From Actinomycetota bacterium (GTDB lineage Bacteria; Actinomycetota; Actinomycetes; Actinomycetales; Dermatophilaceae): a DNA stretch of 46,367 bases. Position numbers and translations under genes: made by a program. Below, piece after piece: positions 1 to 10,838 of the stretch. The stretch spans positions 1 through 46,367 of the forward strand of contig JBDTYK010000001.1 of the NCBI GenBank assembly GCA_040005715.1, given 5' to 3'. Every line of letters starts with the position of its first letter. The stretch's first letter is position 1. The notes under the pieces were generated by a model that saw nothing but the letters and a program-made list of their open reading frames with translations, ran no database searches and was not told where the DNA came from.

Positions 1-611
1 ATCTTGGCGCACCACTGGTCCAGAACGCTGTGCTTGTGCGCAATCGTCTCGGCGGCACCGAAGCCGTGCCAGATGTCAGCCTGCTCGGCCACGATCCGCA
101 GCGTCTTGCGTTCGCCGCCGCCACCGATCAGCACCGGGATGTCGCGAGTCGGAGGCGGGTTGAGCTTGGCCCAACGGCTCTTGATCAGCGGGAGGTCCCG
201 GTCCAGTGCATCCAGACGTCCGCCGGCGGTCCCGAACTCGAAGCCGTACTGCTCGTAGTCCTTCTCGAACCAGCCCGAACCGATACCCAGGATCAGGCGC
301 CCGTCGCTGATGTGGTCGACCGTCCTCGCCATGTCTGCCAGCAACTGGGGGTTGCGATAGGAGTTGCAGGTGACGAGGGCGCCGATCTCGACGGACTCGG
401 TCGCCTCGGCGAACGCCGCCAACATCGTCCAGCACTCGAAGTGCCTGCCATCGGCTTCGCCATACAGGGGATAGAAGTGGTCCCAGTTGAAGACAACATC
501 GACGCCCAGCTCCTCGGCCCGAGAACAGGCGCGTCTGATGTCGCTGTATGAGGCGTGCTGGGGCTGCAGCTGCACGCCGACTCGCGCCGGGCGTGTGTCT
601 GGACCGGTCAT
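1..611 (-). CDS. LLM-class (luciferase-like) F420-dependent oxidoreductase; 3' end cut by the window edge
   Basis: Absent from the ORF track because it runs off the edge. My translation of the minus strand from ATG 611-609 gives [48 protein letters not shown]...[48 protein letters not shown]...[25 protein letters not shown], with no stop down to position 1. The motifs are typical of the family. The start overlaps the glgC stop (ATGA). Confidence 0.8.
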   Translation of the reverse strand, partial: MTGPDTRPARVGVQLQPQHASYSDIRRACSRAEELGVDVVFNWDHFYPLYGEADGRHFECWTMLAAFAEATESVEIGALVTCNSYRNPQLLADMARTVDHISDGRLILGIGSGWFEKDYEQYGFEFGTAGGRLDALDRDLPLIKSRWAKLNPPPTRDIPVLIGGGGERKTLRIVAEQADIWHGFGAAETIAHKHSVLDQWCAK

Positions 612-1861
612 TCCCGGACGACCTGTCCCTTGCCGATCACCGTGATACCCGAGTCGGTAACGGTGAAACCGCGATCCAGGTCGTCCGCACGGTTGACCCC
701 GATACTCACGCCAGGCGGCACGACGACAAACTTGTCGATGATGGCCCGGTGGATAGTGGCATTGCGACCGACCTCGACGAAGTCGAGCAGCACGCTGTCG
801 GTGATGGTCGCGTAGCTGTGGACGTGAACTCCGGGCGAGAGCACCGAGTTGGACACGTGCCCGCCGCTGATCACGACGCCTGGGGAGACCGCAGAGTTCA
901 GCGCCTCACCAACGCGGTTCTTCGACCCGTGGACGAACTTGGCCGGGGGAAAGTTGCCATGGTCGGTGTAGATCGGCCAGTCGTAGTTGTAGAGGTTGAA
1001 CACCGGATGAAACGAGATGAGGTCCATCTGGGCCTCGTAGTAGGAGTCGATCGTGCCGACGTCGCGCCAGTAACCATGGTCGCGGTCGGTGGAGCCGGGG
1101 ATCGGGTTGTCCTTGACGTCGTAGACGAAGGCCTCGCCCCGGCGTACGAAGTCCGGGACGATGTCGCCGCCCATGTCCCGGTTGCTCCCCGCGCGGTCTG
1201 CGTCACGGGTCACGGCGTCGATCAGGACGTCGGCATCAAAGACATAGATGCCCATCGAGGCCAGAATCTCTTCGGGGGAGTCCGCCAGGCCGAGAACGTC
1301 CTGCGGTTTCTCCTTGAAGGACTTGACCTTGGGCGGGTTCTCAGCATCGAGCTCGATGACACCGAACTGGTCGCACATCGAGATTGGCTGGCGGATCGCA
1401 GCGAGCGTCACGCCGGCCCCGTTCTTGATGTGCTGCTCGACCATGTGGCTGAAGTCGAGGCGATAGACGTGGTCCGATCCCGCCACCACCACGATGTCGG
1501 GCTGCTCGTCGTGCACGAGGTTCAGGCTCTGGTAGATCGCGTCGGCACTGCCCAGGAACCAGCTCTTGTCGATGCGCTGCTGGGCCGGGACCGGCGTCAC
1601 GTAGTTGCCGAGCATCGTCGACATCCGCCATGTCTTGCTGATGTGACGGTCCAGGCTGTGCGACTTGTACTGCGTGAGCACGACGACCTTGAGATAGCCC
1701 GAGTTCACGATGTTGCTCAGGGCGAAGTCGACCAGCCGGTAGATGCCGCCGAAAGGCACGGCCGGTTTGGCCCTGTCCGCGGTCAGGGGCATCAGCCGCT
1801 TGCCTTCACCGCCGGCGAGAACGATTGCCAGAACCTTCGGGTTGCCAGTCCTCTGCGCCAT
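608..1861 (-). CDS. glgC: glucose-1-phosphate adenylyltransferase
   Basis: 417-aa ORF. N-terminal [30 protein letters not shown] nucleotidyl-transferase motif and a C-terminal left-handed beta-helix-type region. Divergent from glgA. Confidence 0.93.
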   Translation of the reverse strand: MAQRTGNPKVLAIVLAGGEGKRLMPLTADRAKPAVPFGGIYRLVDFALSNIVNSGYLKVVVLTQYKSHSLDRHISKTWRMSTMLGNYVTPVPAQQRIDKSWFLGSADAIYQSLNLVHDEQPDIVVVAGSDHVYRLDFSHMVEQHIKNGAGVTLAAIRQPISMCDQFGVIELDAENPPKVKSFKEKPQDVLGLADSPEEILASMGIYVFDADVLIDAVTRDADRAGSNRDMGGDIVPDFVRRGEAFVYDVKDNPIPGSTDRDHGYWRDVGTIDSYYEAQMDLISFHPVFNLYNYDWPIYTDHGNFPPAKFVHGSKNRVGEALNSAVSPGVVISGGHVSNSVLSPGVHVHSYATITDSVLLDFVEVGRNATIHRAIIDKFVVVPPGVSIGVNRADDLDRGFTVTDSGITVIGKGQVVRE

Positions 1862-1923
1862 GGCCTGACCCTAAGGCCGCATAGGTCTCGCAGGCGACCC
1901 CAGCCCGCGCTAGCGTTCACCGC

Positions 1924-3123
1924 GTGAGAGTCGACATCCTGACCAAGGAGTACCCGCCAAAGGTCTACGGGGGAGCGGGCGTGCACGTGAGTGAGCTGGC
2001 CCGATCGCTGCGTTCGCGGGGGGACATCGAAGTCCTGGTCCGCTGCTTCGGGGAACCACGTGCGGAGAACGGAACCACCGGGTATGCCGAGCTGCCGCAG
2101 CTCGCGTCCGCGAACCAGGTGCTCCAGACCCTGGGCGTGGACCTGACCATGTCAGGCGACTGTGTCGGCGCCGACCTGGTTCACTCCCATACCTGGTACG
2201 CAAACATGGCTGGCCATCTCGCGTCGCTGCTGGTCGGGGTTCCGCACGTGGTCTCGGCCCACAGTCTGGAGCCTTTGCGCCCCTGGAAGGCCGAGCAGCT
2301 CGGCGGTGGTTACGCAGTTTCGTGCTGGGTCGAGCGAACGGCCTACGAGGCGGCCGCGGCGGTCATTGCCGTCAGCGCGGGCATGCGCACCGACGTCCTG
2401 AACGTCTATCCGGCCATCGACCCGTCGTTGGTTCACGTAGTACACAACGGCATCGACTCCGAGCTCTGGCAACGGGACTCAAGCCCCGAAGCGCTCGACA
2501 TCGTGCGCCGATACGGCGTGGATCCCCACCGTCCATCAGTGGTCTTCGTGGGGCGGATCACTCGCCAGAAGGGGCTGCCCTATCTGTTGCGCGCGGCTGC
2601 GCAGCTGCCACCAGAGGTCCAGCTCGTCCTGTGTGCGGGCTCCCCTGATACGCCGGAGATCAAGACCGAGGTCGGCGCGCTGATCGGGGAGCTGCGGCAA
2701 GGTCGCCACGGAGTGGTCTGGATCACCGAGATGTTGCCCAGGGCAGACGTGATCGCATTGCTCAGTGCCGCAACGGTTTTCGCCTGTCCTTCGGTATACG
2801 AACCGCTGGGGATCGTCAACCTCGAAGCGATGGCGTGCGAGCTCGCGGTCGTGGCAACCGCGACGGGGGGCATCCCCGAGGTCGTCGTCCACGGTGAGAC
2901 GGGCTGGTTGGTGCCCATCGAGCAGGTGGCCGACGGCAGTGGGGCTCCGGTGGACCCCGACCGCTTCGTCTCCGACCTGGCGGCTGCCCTCACCGACGCT
3001 GTCTCCGACCCGGTGCGTGCACGCGCACGGGGTCAGGCCGGCCGGGTGCGTGCAGTGGAGAGCTTCTCGTGGTCGTCCATCGGCGACCAGACCATGACCG
3101 TCTACGAGTCCGTCCTGCGATAG
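1924..3123 (+). CDS. glgA: GT4 glycogen synthase / alpha-glucan glucosyltransferase (GlgA; GlgM-like in actinobacteria)
   Basis: 399-aa ORF with a GTG start. Contains KVYGGAGVHV and a GT4 E-x7-E-type EPLGIVNLEAM motif. Divergently paired with glgC across 62 bp. Confidence 0.88.
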   Translation: MRVDILTKEYPPKVYGGAGVHVSELARSLRSRGDIEVLVRCFGEPRAENGTTGYAELPQLASANQVLQTLGVDLTMSGDCVGADLVHSHTWYANMAGHLASLLVGVPHVVSAHSLEPLRPWKAEQLGGGYAVSCWVERTAYEAAAAVIAVSAGMRTDVLNVYPAIDPSLVHVVHNGIDSELWQRDSSPEALDIVRRYGVDPHRPSVVFVGRITRQKGLPYLLRAAAQLPPEVQLVLCAGSPDTPEIKTEVGALIGELRQGRHGVVWITEMLPRADVIALLSAATVFACPSVYEPLGIVNLEAMACELAVVATATGGIPEVVVHGETGWLVPIEQVADGSGAPVDPDRFVSDLAAALTDAVSDPVRARARGQAGRVRAVESFSWSSIGDQTMTVYESVLR

Positions 3124-3170
3124 GTCGCAGCGGCAGTCGACCGGCCCTCATCAGGTGGCGCACCAGCGCG

Positions 3171-3971
3171 CTAGGCGTCGCGGCGGCCGGGACGAAGCCC
3201 TGCAAGGCTCAGCGCGGCCACGGTCGCGGCATCGGCCATCGCGCTGTCTGCGACGGCATCGAGGGCGGTCAGCAGGGACCGTCGCTGGAGGGTCAGGTCG
3301 CTTGTCAGGACCTGTGACTCGGCGTGGTTGCTCAGGCCCAGCTCGGTCACCTCGCCGATGCGCGATGCGGTAGCCATGAGGAGCTCGGCCCGGCGCGGCA
3401 GCCCCTGCGGCAGACCCCAGGCGTCGTCGGCCATCGCGTCGACGAGCGAGCGCAGCCCGGCATCCCAGGGCTTGGCGTCCAGGGCGTCGATGCCGGCACT
3501 CACCTCCAGGAGCGCCCGCCGCAGGCTCCTCTCGACCTCACCGAGGGAGAGCGCCTCGAGCACGTGGGTCTGGACCGGGTCCGCGTCGTATGCCGTCCAG
3601 GTCACCTGGGTTCCCTGGTCAGCCTCGGGGCCGAACGACTCGATGGCCGGGACCAGCGCTCCACCGACGCCGGGCACATACACGCACTCGCGCGCTCCCG
3701 TGGCCGCGGCGACCAGCTCGGCTGAGCCCCGCGGCATACCTGCGAGGTTTCCGGGGCGCGGCAGTGCCACCAGGACTGCGCGCTCACCAAGGTCACGCCA
3801 CAGGGCCAGGTGCTCGAGATCGCCGACGACATGGTCGATGTCGGGGTGCGCGCGGCCCACCACCTCATCCATGGGCAGCCGCCCGGCGTACGCGGCGGTC
3901 ACCCAGAGGGCAAGCCGGACGGACACCGGGAGGATCGACATCGCCTCATCGTAGGTGTCGTGACTCGCCAC
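3171..3971 (-). CDS. hypothetical protein (no family recognised)
   Basis: 266-aa ORF with GC-rich third codon positions, filling the gap between glgA and the ABC ATPase. The start is uncertain: the alternative ATG at 3941 (MSILPV) would widen the very short 29-bp divergent spacer. Confidence 0.55.
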   Translation of the reverse strand: MASHDTYDEAMSILPVSVRLALWVTAAYAGRLPMDEVVGRAHPDIDHVVGDLEHLALWRDLGERAVLVALPRPGNLAGMPRGSAELVAAATGARECVYVPGVGGALVPAIESFGPEADQGTQVTWTAYDADPVQTHVLEALSLGEVERSLRRALLEVSAGIDALDAKPWDAGLRSLVDAMADDAWGLPQGLPRRAELLMATASRIGEVTELGLSNHAESQVLTSDLTLQRRSLLTALDAVADSAMADAATVAALSLAGLRPGRRDA

Positions 3972-4000
3972 GGGGCGCCGGTGGCCTAGGGTCAGGGATC

Positions 4001-4825
4001 ATGAGCGACGTCCTGGAGTTCGCCGGCGTCAGCGTGGTCCGCGGCGACCACACGCTGCTCGACGACATCACGTGGGAGGTCGAGGAAGGCCAGCGCTGGG
4101 TCATCCTCGGACCGAACGGGGCCGGCAAGTCCACCCTGCTGGAGCTGGCGGCGGGCCGGATCCATCCCACGACCGGCGTGGCAGGGGTTCTCGGCGAGGT
4201 CCTTGGCGCAGTCGACGTGTTCGAGCTGCGTCCACGGATTGGCCTGGCGAGCGCGACGTTCGCTGAACGGCTATCTGCAGATGAGGTGGTCCACGATGTC
4301 GTCGTCACGGCTTCCTACGGGATCGTCGGGCGTTGGCGAGAGAGCTATGAGGCCCTCGACCACGCGCGGGCCGAAGAGCTGCTCGAGTCCCTTGGCGCCT
4401 CTCATCTGAGCGAGCGCAGGTTCGGCACGCTCAGCGAGGGGGAGCGCAAACGGGTGCAGATCGCCAGAGCGCTGATGACCGACCCCGAGCTGATGCTGCT
4501 GGATGAGCCGGCCGCGGGCCTCGACCTGGGAGGGCGCGAGGACCTGGTGGACCGTCTTGGTGCCCTTGCCGCCGACATCGAAGCGCCTGCACTGGTTCTG
4601 GTAACCCACCACGTTGAGGAGATCCCGCCCTCGTTCACCGACGTCCTGCTGATGCGCGAAGGCCGAATCGTCGCTGCCGGACCGGTCGAGATCACGCTCA
4701 CTGCCGAAAAGCTGTCCGAGACCTTCGGGCTGCCGTTGGTGCTCGAGCGCCACGGTGAACGCTGGTTCGCGCGTGCTGCCACAAGCGGTCGACACCGCGC
4801 TTTCCGGGCCATCGCCGGTACGTGA
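4001..4825 (+). CDS. ABC transporter ATP-binding protein with no adjacent permease
   Basis: Uses the internal ATG (MSDVLEFAGVSV) of ORF 3590..4825. Walker A GPNGAGKST, signature LSEGERKRV, Walker B LMLLDEPAAGLD. Confidence 0.88.
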   Translation: MSDVLEFAGVSVVRGDHTLLDDITWEVEEGQRWVILGPNGAGKSTLLELAAGRIHPTTGVAGVLGEVLGAVDVFELRPRIGLASATFAERLSADEVVHDVVVTASYGIVGRWRESYEALDHARAEELLESLGASHLSERRFGTLSEGERKRVQIARALMTDPELMLLDEPAAGLDLGGREDLVDRLGALAADIEAPALVLVTHHVEEIPPSFTDVLLMREGRIVAAGPVEITLTAEKLSETFGLPLVLERHGERWFARAATSGRHRAFRAIAGT

Positions 4826-4898
4826 CCAGCCCGTCCCGAGGTGCCCGCCCCACTGACCACTAGGGTGTTGACTCACTGAACGGAGAGGGGCAAATGCC

Positions 4899-5366
4899 AT
4901 GTCGTGGTTGAGCGACAACAGCTGGCTGGCCTGGGTGGGACTTGCTCTGGCGCTGGGGGCTATCGAGGCGGCCACCGTCAGCTTTGTCTTCCTGATGCTG
5001 GCCGGTGGCGCGCTGGCAGGCGCGTTGATCGCTGCGGTTGACGGCCCGGTCGCAGGTCAGGTGGTTGCCGCGGTCGCGGTGGCTGGGGCCCTGCTTCTGA
5101 CCGTGCGCCCGATCGTCAAGAGTCATTTTCTTGTGCCGGAAGGTCTTGGCGCCATCGGAGCCGGCGCTCAGGTCGGGCGCTCCGCGCTCGTGCTGCAGAC
5201 CGTCACCGAGTACGACGGAAGGGTCAAGCTTGGCGGCGAGACCTGGTCGGCCCGCACGGCCCCGAACACCGCTGCATGTCTGCCCGGACAACAGGTCCGG
5301 GTTGTCTCCATCGAGGGGGCTACCGCGATCGTGAGCAGCGTCGCGGACGGTCTGGAATCGGAGTAG
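4899..5366 (+). CDS. NfeD-family membrane protein
   Basis: 155 aa with a hydrophobic N-terminal half and a soluble OB-like C-terminal half. Lies 3 nt upstream of an SPFH gene, the classical NfeD-SPFH pairing. Confidence 0.8.
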   Translation: MSWLSDNSWLAWVGLALALGAIEAATVSFVFLMLAGGALAGALIAAVDGPVAGQVVAAVAVAGALLLTVRPIVKSHFLVPEGLGAIGAGAQVGRSALVLQTVTEYDGRVKLGGETWSARTAPNTAACLPGQQVRVVSIEGATAIVSSVADGLESE

Positions 5367-5369
5367 TTT

Positions 5370-6551
5370 GTGAGCACAGGAAACGCAGCACTGATCGTCC
5401 TTCTCCTGCTTGTTCTGTTCGCCGTGATCGTCATCGTCCGCACGGTGAAGATCGTGCCGCAGCAGGTGTCGCTGATCATCGAGCGACTGGGCAAGTTCTC
5501 GCGGACCCTCGAGGGTGGTCTCCACTTCCTCGTGCCGTTCGTCGACCGGGTGCGGGCCAGCGTCGACCTGCGTGAGCAGGTCGTGTCCTTCCCGCCGCAG
5601 CCCGTCATCACCTCGGACAACCTCGTGGTCAACATCGACACCGTCATCTACTACTCGGTCATCGACTCCAAGTCGGCGGTGTACGAGATCGCCAACTTCA
5701 TCCAGGGCATCGAGCAGCTGACCGTCACCACACTGCGTAACGTCATCGGCTCCCTGGACCTCGAACAGACACTGACCAGCCGGGACCAGATCAACGGCCA
5801 GCTGCGCGGTGTTCTCGACGAGGCGACAGGCAAGTGGGGCATCCGGGTCAACCGGGTGGAGCTCAAGGCCATCGACCCGCCGCACTCGGTCCAGGACTCG
5901 ATGGAGAAGCAGATGCGCGCTGAGCGTGACCGCCGCGCGGCGATCTTGACCGCCGAGGGAGTCAAGCAGTCGGCCATCCTGACCGCCGAAGGTGAGAAGC
6001 AGAGCCAGATCCTTCGCGCCGAAGGTTCCGCCCAGGCCCGCATCCTGGAGGCGCAGGGTCAGTCCCGGGCGATCACCCAGGTGTTCGAGGCGATCCACCG
6101 CGGGAAGCCGGACCAGAAGCTCCTTGCCTACCAGTACCTCCAGGTGCTCCCGCAGCTGGCCCGTGGAGACGCCAACAAGCTGTGGATCATCCCCAGCGAG
6201 CTGACCGAGGCGTTGAAGGGGATCGGGAGCGCCCTTGGTGGTAAAGACATCGAGGACCCGACTGACACCTGGGTGGACACCGGCGAGGTCATGCCTACAG
6301 CCTTTGAGGAGACCATCCTGGAGGACCCCGCGACGGCTCTTGCCGAAGCCCGCGGGCAGGCGGCCGGTGCTTCCGCCGAGGCCGAGGGTCACGCGACGAG
6401 AAGCCAGCGCCGGACACAGACGTCCGGGCGACCGGCAGCGGACTCCCTGGAGGATCAGGCATCTGCACTGCACGACTCGGAGCTGCGCACAAGCGGCGAC
6501 ACCGACCAGCATCGTGCGGATCCGGCCGATCCGGGAACCGGGCTCCGCTAA
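5370..6551 (+). CDS. SPFH/Band-7 (stomatin/prohibitin-like) protein with a disordered C-terminal tail
   Basis: 393 aa, GTG start. N-terminal TM segment, an SPFH core (VKIVPQQVSLIIERLGKFSRTLEGGLHFLVPFVDRV) and a coiled-coil AEG repeat region. Confidence 0.9.
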   Translation: MSTGNAALIVLLLLVLFAVIVIVRTVKIVPQQVSLIIERLGKFSRTLEGGLHFLVPFVDRVRASVDLREQVVSFPPQPVITSDNLVVNIDTVIYYSVIDSKSAVYEIANFIQGIEQLTVTTLRNVIGSLDLEQTLTSRDQINGQLRGVLDEATGKWGIRVNRVELKAIDPPHSVQDSMEKQMRAERDRRAAILTAEGVKQSAILTAEGEKQSQILRAEGSAQARILEAQGQSRAITQVFEAIHRGKPDQKLLAYQYLQVLPQLARGDANKLWIIPSELTEALKGIGSALGGKDIEDPTDTWVDTGEVMPTAFEETILEDPATALAEARGQAAGASAEAEGHATRSQRRTQTSGRPAADSLEDQASALHDSELRTSGDTDQHRADPADPGTGLR

Positions 6552-6598
6552 GACCCATCCCATGGGGCACCCGGCCGGCTCTCGCCTAAGGTGACCGG

Positions 6599-7360
6599 GT
6601 GCCCTGGTATGAAGTCGTTGCGCTGCTCGCTGCGGGAATGGCTGCAGGGACCATCAACACGATCGTTGGGTCGGGCACGCTGATCACCTTCCCGGTGCTG
6701 CTCTTCTTCGGCATTGCTCCGTTCACTGCAAACGTGTCCAACACCGTGGGCCTTGTGGCCGGTGGACTCACAGGTATTCACGGCTACCGCCGAGAGCTGC
6801 TCGGCCAAAGCTCCCTCCTGCGTCGTCTGATGCCGGTCTCCTTCTTCGGGGCGCTGACCGGGGCGATCCTTCTCCTGACCCTTCCCGAGTCAGCATTTGA
6901 CGCCATAGTCCCGGCCCTGATCGCGACAGCTCTGCTCCTTGTCCTGCTGGGGCCCACTCTCAGCGACCGGGCCGCGACTGCACACTTCGAACACGCCAGC
7001 CTTGGCCGACAGCTGCTACTCACGCTGGGAGTCTTCGCGGCCGGTGTCTACGGCGGCTATTTCGGCGCCGCCCAGGGGGTGCTGCTGGTCGGCATCCTGG
7101 GCGTCCTGATGACGATCAGCCTGCAACGCGTCAATGCGCTGAAGAACGTGCTGGTGACGTTGGCCAATGCCGTGGCCGCGCTCACCTTCATGGTCTTCGC
7201 CTGGGACCGGATCAACTGGACGGTGGCGGCGCTGATCGCCACAGGTTCACTGGTTGGGGGATATGTCGGAGCAAGGGCTGGGCGGCGGCTCTCTCCGGTG
7301 GTGCTCCGGTCGCTGATCGTCGTCGTCGGGATCGCGGCCATCGCGAAGATGATGGCCTGA
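6599..7360 (+). CDS. TauE/SafE-family anion exporter membrane protein
   Basis: 253 aa, GTG start. Polytopic hydrophobic protein with a GTINTIVGSGTLITFPVL-type motif. Confidence 0.8.
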   Translation: MPWYEVVALLAAGMAAGTINTIVGSGTLITFPVLLFFGIAPFTANVSNTVGLVAGGLTGIHGYRRELLGQSSLLRRLMPVSFFGALTGAILLLTLPESAFDAIVPALIATALLLVLLGPTLSDRAATAHFEHASLGRQLLLTLGVFAAGVYGGYFGAAQGVLLVGILGVLMTISLQRVNALKNVLVTLANAVAALTFMVFAWDRINWTVAALIATGSLVGGYVGARAGRRLSPVVLRSLIVVVGIAAIAKMMA

Positions 7361-7391
7361 CCATGGCTCCCAACGAAATGGTGACCTGAGC

Positions 7392-8258
7392 ATGCCCACC
7401 GAGATCACCGACCCTGGCGACGACCGGGTTCGCGACTATTTCGGCCTGACCGATGTGGCTCTGCGGACCAAGGTCGAGCCCGAGCGCGGCCTGTATCTCG
7501 CCGAGAGCGAGAAAGTTGTCCGCCGGGCACTGGCCGCGGGACATCGGCCGCGCTCCTTCCTGATGGGGCAACGCTGGCTCACCGATCTCGCGGATCTGGT
7601 GGGGAGGGCCGAGTCACAAGGTGTGCCAGTGTATTTCGCCCAGGCCGGGATCATCGAGGCGATGACCGGCTTTCACCTCCATCGAGGGGTGCTGGCGTCC
7701 ATGCACCGCCCGGAGCTGGCCGACCCGACCGAGCTGTTGGGGGTCTCCCTGTTGAACAGCGTCTCCCGGGTGCTGGTCCTGGAGGACATCGTCGATCACA
7801 CCAACGTGGGTGCGGTGTTCCGCTCCGCCGCGGCCCTGGGTGTGGATGCGGTCCTGGTCACTCCACGGTGCGCCGACCCGTTGTACCGGCGTGCGGTCCG
7901 CGTCTCCATGGGTACGGTGTTCCAGGTGCCCTGGACGCGGATCGAACCCTGGCCGACCGGCCTGCAGGTGTTGCGGGACCACGGTTTCACGGTCGCCGCG
8001 TTCGCCCTGGGGGACGGGGCGATCAGCCTGGACGACCTTGCGACGAACCCGCCTGCCCGACTCGCAATGATCTTCGGAACTGAGGGCGACGGGCTCTCGC
8101 GTCTGGCCGTCAAGGGTGCCGATCTCGTGGTGAAGATTCCCATGTCAGGGGGAGTGGACTCACTGAACATGGCGGCCGCGAGCGCAGTGGCCATGTGGGC
8201 TCTTCGTCCGCCGAGGTCACACCCTGCCACCGCCGGGCGCGCCGGTCTGCCTCGCTAA
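7392..8258 (+). CDS. TrmH/SpoU-family RNA 2'-O-methyltransferase
   Basis: 288 aa. SpoU motifs VLVLEDIVDHTNVGAVFRSAAALG, MIFGTEGDGLS and IPMSGGVDSLNMAAASAV. Confidence 0.88.
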   Translation: MPTEITDPGDDRVRDYFGLTDVALRTKVEPERGLYLAESEKVVRRALAAGHRPRSFLMGQRWLTDLADLVGRAESQGVPVYFAQAGIIEAMTGFHLHRGVLASMHRPELADPTELLGVSLLNSVSRVLVLEDIVDHTNVGAVFRSAAALGVDAVLVTPRCADPLYRRAVRVSMGTVFQVPWTRIEPWPTGLQVLRDHGFTVAAFALGDGAISLDDLATNPPARLAMIFGTEGDGLSRLAVKGADLVVKIPMSGGVDSLNMAAASAVAMWALRPPRSHPATAGRAGLPR

Positions 8259-8304
8259 GGCCCGATTCGGGTAACCCGGTGTTGCCCGGGGCTGAAACCG
8301 TGGC

Positions 8305-9876
8305 TCAGACCATGACGACACGGTCGCGCCCGGCCCGCTTTGCTTCGTACAGCGCGGCGTCAGCAGCTGCGATCGCTCCCCGGGAGGCAACGGTGTGACC
8401 GACGCCGACTGAGACAGTGACCGCGAGCCCAGGCGCGACCTGCCCCCACGGTGCACTGCGAACTGCGGCGTGCAAACGTGCAGCGACCTCTTCGGCGGCC
8501 GCACCTCCGCCGAAGACAAGGATGAGGAACTCGTCACCGCCATAACGCACGGGCACGTCGTCGGATCGGCTCTGAGTGCGCAGGATGACGGCGATCCGGC
8601 GCAGCACCTCGTCGCCGACGCTGTGCGAGTAGCGGTCGTTGACCTCTTTGAACTGGTCGACGTCGACGAACACCGCCGAGAGCTCCTCTCGGCCCTGGTC
8701 GAGGGCGCTGGCCATCATCTGCCGGTTTCCCAGCCCTGTGAGCGGGTCGAGCAACGCGGCCTCGCCCATCCGGTTCGTCTCGGCGGTGAGCGCTCGGACC
8801 TGGTTGCGGGTCTGGAGCGCGGTGAAGCGCCCGTCACGCTCGTCCCAGACGCGCCCGAGGGCTTCGCGAGCGAGGCGCTTCCAGAGGTCGACAGCCGGGT
8901 GCGGTCCGTGTTCGGCGGTGTCCAGCTCTGCCATGGCCTCCAACGAGGCGGCAGCCCAGATCTCGCGGCCCGCGCGGTTGGCGTTGGTCATTGCCGTGTT
9001 CAGGTGCTGGCGCGCCTTGTCGTACTGGCCCGTCTTCATCGCCGCCTGGCCAAGAACGAAATGGGCGACGTGCGTCTCGACGAGCTCGTCACGAAGCTGG
9101 AAGCGCTGGATGGCGGCCTGGACCCGAGCGGCGGCCAGCTCTGGGAAACCGAGCCGGCACATGGCGTACGCCTCGATGACCTCGGCCCGGGCAGCCATCT
9201 CGGGGTTGCCCGCGAGCTTCGCGAACCGCGCCATCCTCAGGGCCTGTTCCGCGCAGCTGACAAGATGCGGCACCGCACCCTCCTCGTGGCCGACCAGGAG
9301 CAGCGTCGTGGCCCAAAAGGCATCCATCAGGGCACACTCCTGCACGACCAGGTGGTCGACCTCGATATCGTCGCCGAGCTGGATGCCGTTCAGGACGTCG
9401 ACCGCCTGCTCGAACAGGTAAACCGAGCGCAGCGCCACCGCCACGGCAGTGCTTGCGGACAGGTGGCTGTAGCGGCCGGGCTCGGTATGAGCGATGAGCC
9501 ATGTCGCCTCGGCCAGGGCATCCATGGCCCGGCTGACCTCGTTGACGGAGGTTGAGGACTCCGCGAGGAGCGCGAGCGCCTTGGCTCGCCACATCGGGTC
9601 GGGTTCGTCCTCGACGTCGAGCAGGAGGTCCAGGGCCACCGTCACCGCCTCGTGATGGCGGCCAACCTCCTGCAGGGTGATCCCCGCTACGTAACGCAGG
9701 TACTGCGTGCTGGACCTGTCACCGGCGCCGGCGGTCAGGAGGAGTCCCTCCCGGCAAGCGAGCACGGCCCGGTCGGAGTACCCGTCGATGTACAGCTGGT
9801 GGGCGCGAGCAACGAGGTTGTGGAACGGGCCGAACTCGCTGACGGGCACGAGCGCGCTGCTTGCTGGCCCAGTCAT
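8305..9876 (-). CDS. diguanylate cyclase (GGDEF) with a large helical-repeat (TPR-like) N-terminal domain
   Basis: 523 aa. C-terminal GGDEF domain with an intact RYGGDEF, plus RSDD five residues upstream (an RxxD I-site). Confidence 0.88.
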   Translation of the reverse strand: MTGPASSALVPVSEFGPFHNLVARAHQLYIDGYSDRAVLACREGLLLTAGAGDRSSTQYLRYVAGITLQEVGRHHEAVTVALDLLLDVEDEPDPMWRAKALALLAESSTSVNEVSRAMDALAEATWLIAHTEPGRYSHLSASTAVAVALRSVYLFEQAVDVLNGIQLGDDIEVDHLVVQECALMDAFWATTLLLVGHEEGAVPHLVSCAEQALRMARFAKLAGNPEMAARAEVIEAYAMCRLGFPELAAARVQAAIQRFQLRDELVETHVAHFVLGQAAMKTGQYDKARQHLNTAMTNANRAGREIWAAASLEAMAELDTAEHGPHPAVDLWKRLAREALGRVWDERDGRFTALQTRNQVRALTAETNRMGEAALLDPLTGLGNRQMMASALDQGREELSAVFVDVDQFKEVNDRYSHSVGDEVLRRIAVILRTQSRSDDVPVRYGGDEFLILVFGGGAAAEEVAARLHAAVRSAPWGQVAPGLAVTVSVGVGHTVASRGAIAAADAALYEAKRAGRDRVVMV

Positions 9877-10079
9877 CGAGCTCCCCCATCCAGATCCTGC
9901 GCGAGTCGAGAATGACCCATTAAGAAGGCAAACGACCGATCTTGCCGATCAGGCGATCGGCCGCAACCTATCACCTCGGGGTGAACCAGCGTCGGTATTC
10001 CGGCAAAAGGACCTCGCCCGCCCAAGTGGCACAGGTGATGGCCGACCAGCGGACTTGTGCGATCCCCTACGGTTAGGCC

Positions 10080-10838
10080 ATGGAGCCCCTGTACACCCCC
10101 GTGATCTGGGTCGCCAAGGCGTGCTTCGCTGCGCAGGGGCTGCGGTTCACCATCACGGGCGCAGACAACATCCCGACCTCCGGCGGCGCGGTCCTGGTGA
10201 TCAACCACCTCAGCTACCTCGACTTCGCCTACGCCGGCCTGGCTGCGGTCCCCAGCCGGCGTCTGGTGCGCTTCATGGCCAAGGACGACGTGTTCCGGCA
10301 CAAGATCAGCGGGCCCCTGATGCGCGGCATGCATCACATCCCGGTGGACCGAAGCGCTGGGGCAGCGTCGTTCCGTACCGCGGTAACAGCTCTGAAGAGT
10401 GGGGAGATCGTGGGGGTGTTCCCGGAGGCGACCATCTCGCGTTCCTTCGAGCTGAAGGGCTTCAAGAGTGGCGCGGTAAGGATGGCGCAGGCGGCCGGCG
10501 TTCCGGTGCTGCCGATGGTCATCTGGGGATCCCAGAGAGTGTGGACCAAGGGCTATCCGAAGAGACTGGGTCGGACCAACGTGCCAATCACGCTGAGCGT
10601 CGCCGAGCCGATCGCCGCAGGACGTAAGGCGGATGCCGACGACATCAACGCACAGGTCCGGACCAGGATGAACGAGCTGCTGGATGCCGCGCAGCAGGCC
10701 TACCCAGCCGTTCCGGCGGATGAGCTGAAGTACCTTCCCGCCCGTCTCGGCGGCTCCGCACCGACGCTGGAGGAGGCGACCGCCATGGACGACCAAGAGA
10801 CCGTACGCCGCGCTGAGCGGCACGGAGGGGCCGGTTGA
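10080..10838 (+). CDS. 1-acyl-sn-glycerol-3-phosphate acyltransferase family (PlsC-like)
   Basis: 252 aa. H-x4-D motif (INHLSYLD) and a FPEATISR block. The stop overlaps the next gene's start (TTGA). Confidence 0.85.
   Translation: MEPLYTPVIWVAKACFAAQGLRFTITGADNIPTSGGAVLVINHLSYLDFAYAGLAAVPSRRLVRFMAKDDVFRHKISGPLMRGMHHIPVDRSAGAASFRTAVTALKSGEIVGVFPEATISRSFELKGFKSGAVRMAQAAGVPVLPMVIWGSQRVWTKGYPKRLGRTNVPITLSVAEPIAAGRKADADDINAQVRTRMNELLDAAQQAYPAVPADELKYLPARLGGSAPTLEEATAMDDQETVRRAERHGGAG

Noticed and set aside
548-1927. Long ORFs antisense to well-supported genes. Examples: 548..1927 (+) opposite glgC, 4860..6563 (-) opposite NfeD/SPFH, 17205..19301 (+) opposite the malic enzyme, 10700..11629 (-), 8470..9555 (+), 14741..15706 (-), 15722..16630 (-), 28885..29973 (+) and 33451..34263 (+).
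   Set aside because: These are shadow ORFs typical of GC-rich DNA. Their products are Arg/Pro/Gly/His-rich with no motifs, and the opposite strand carries clear family signatures.
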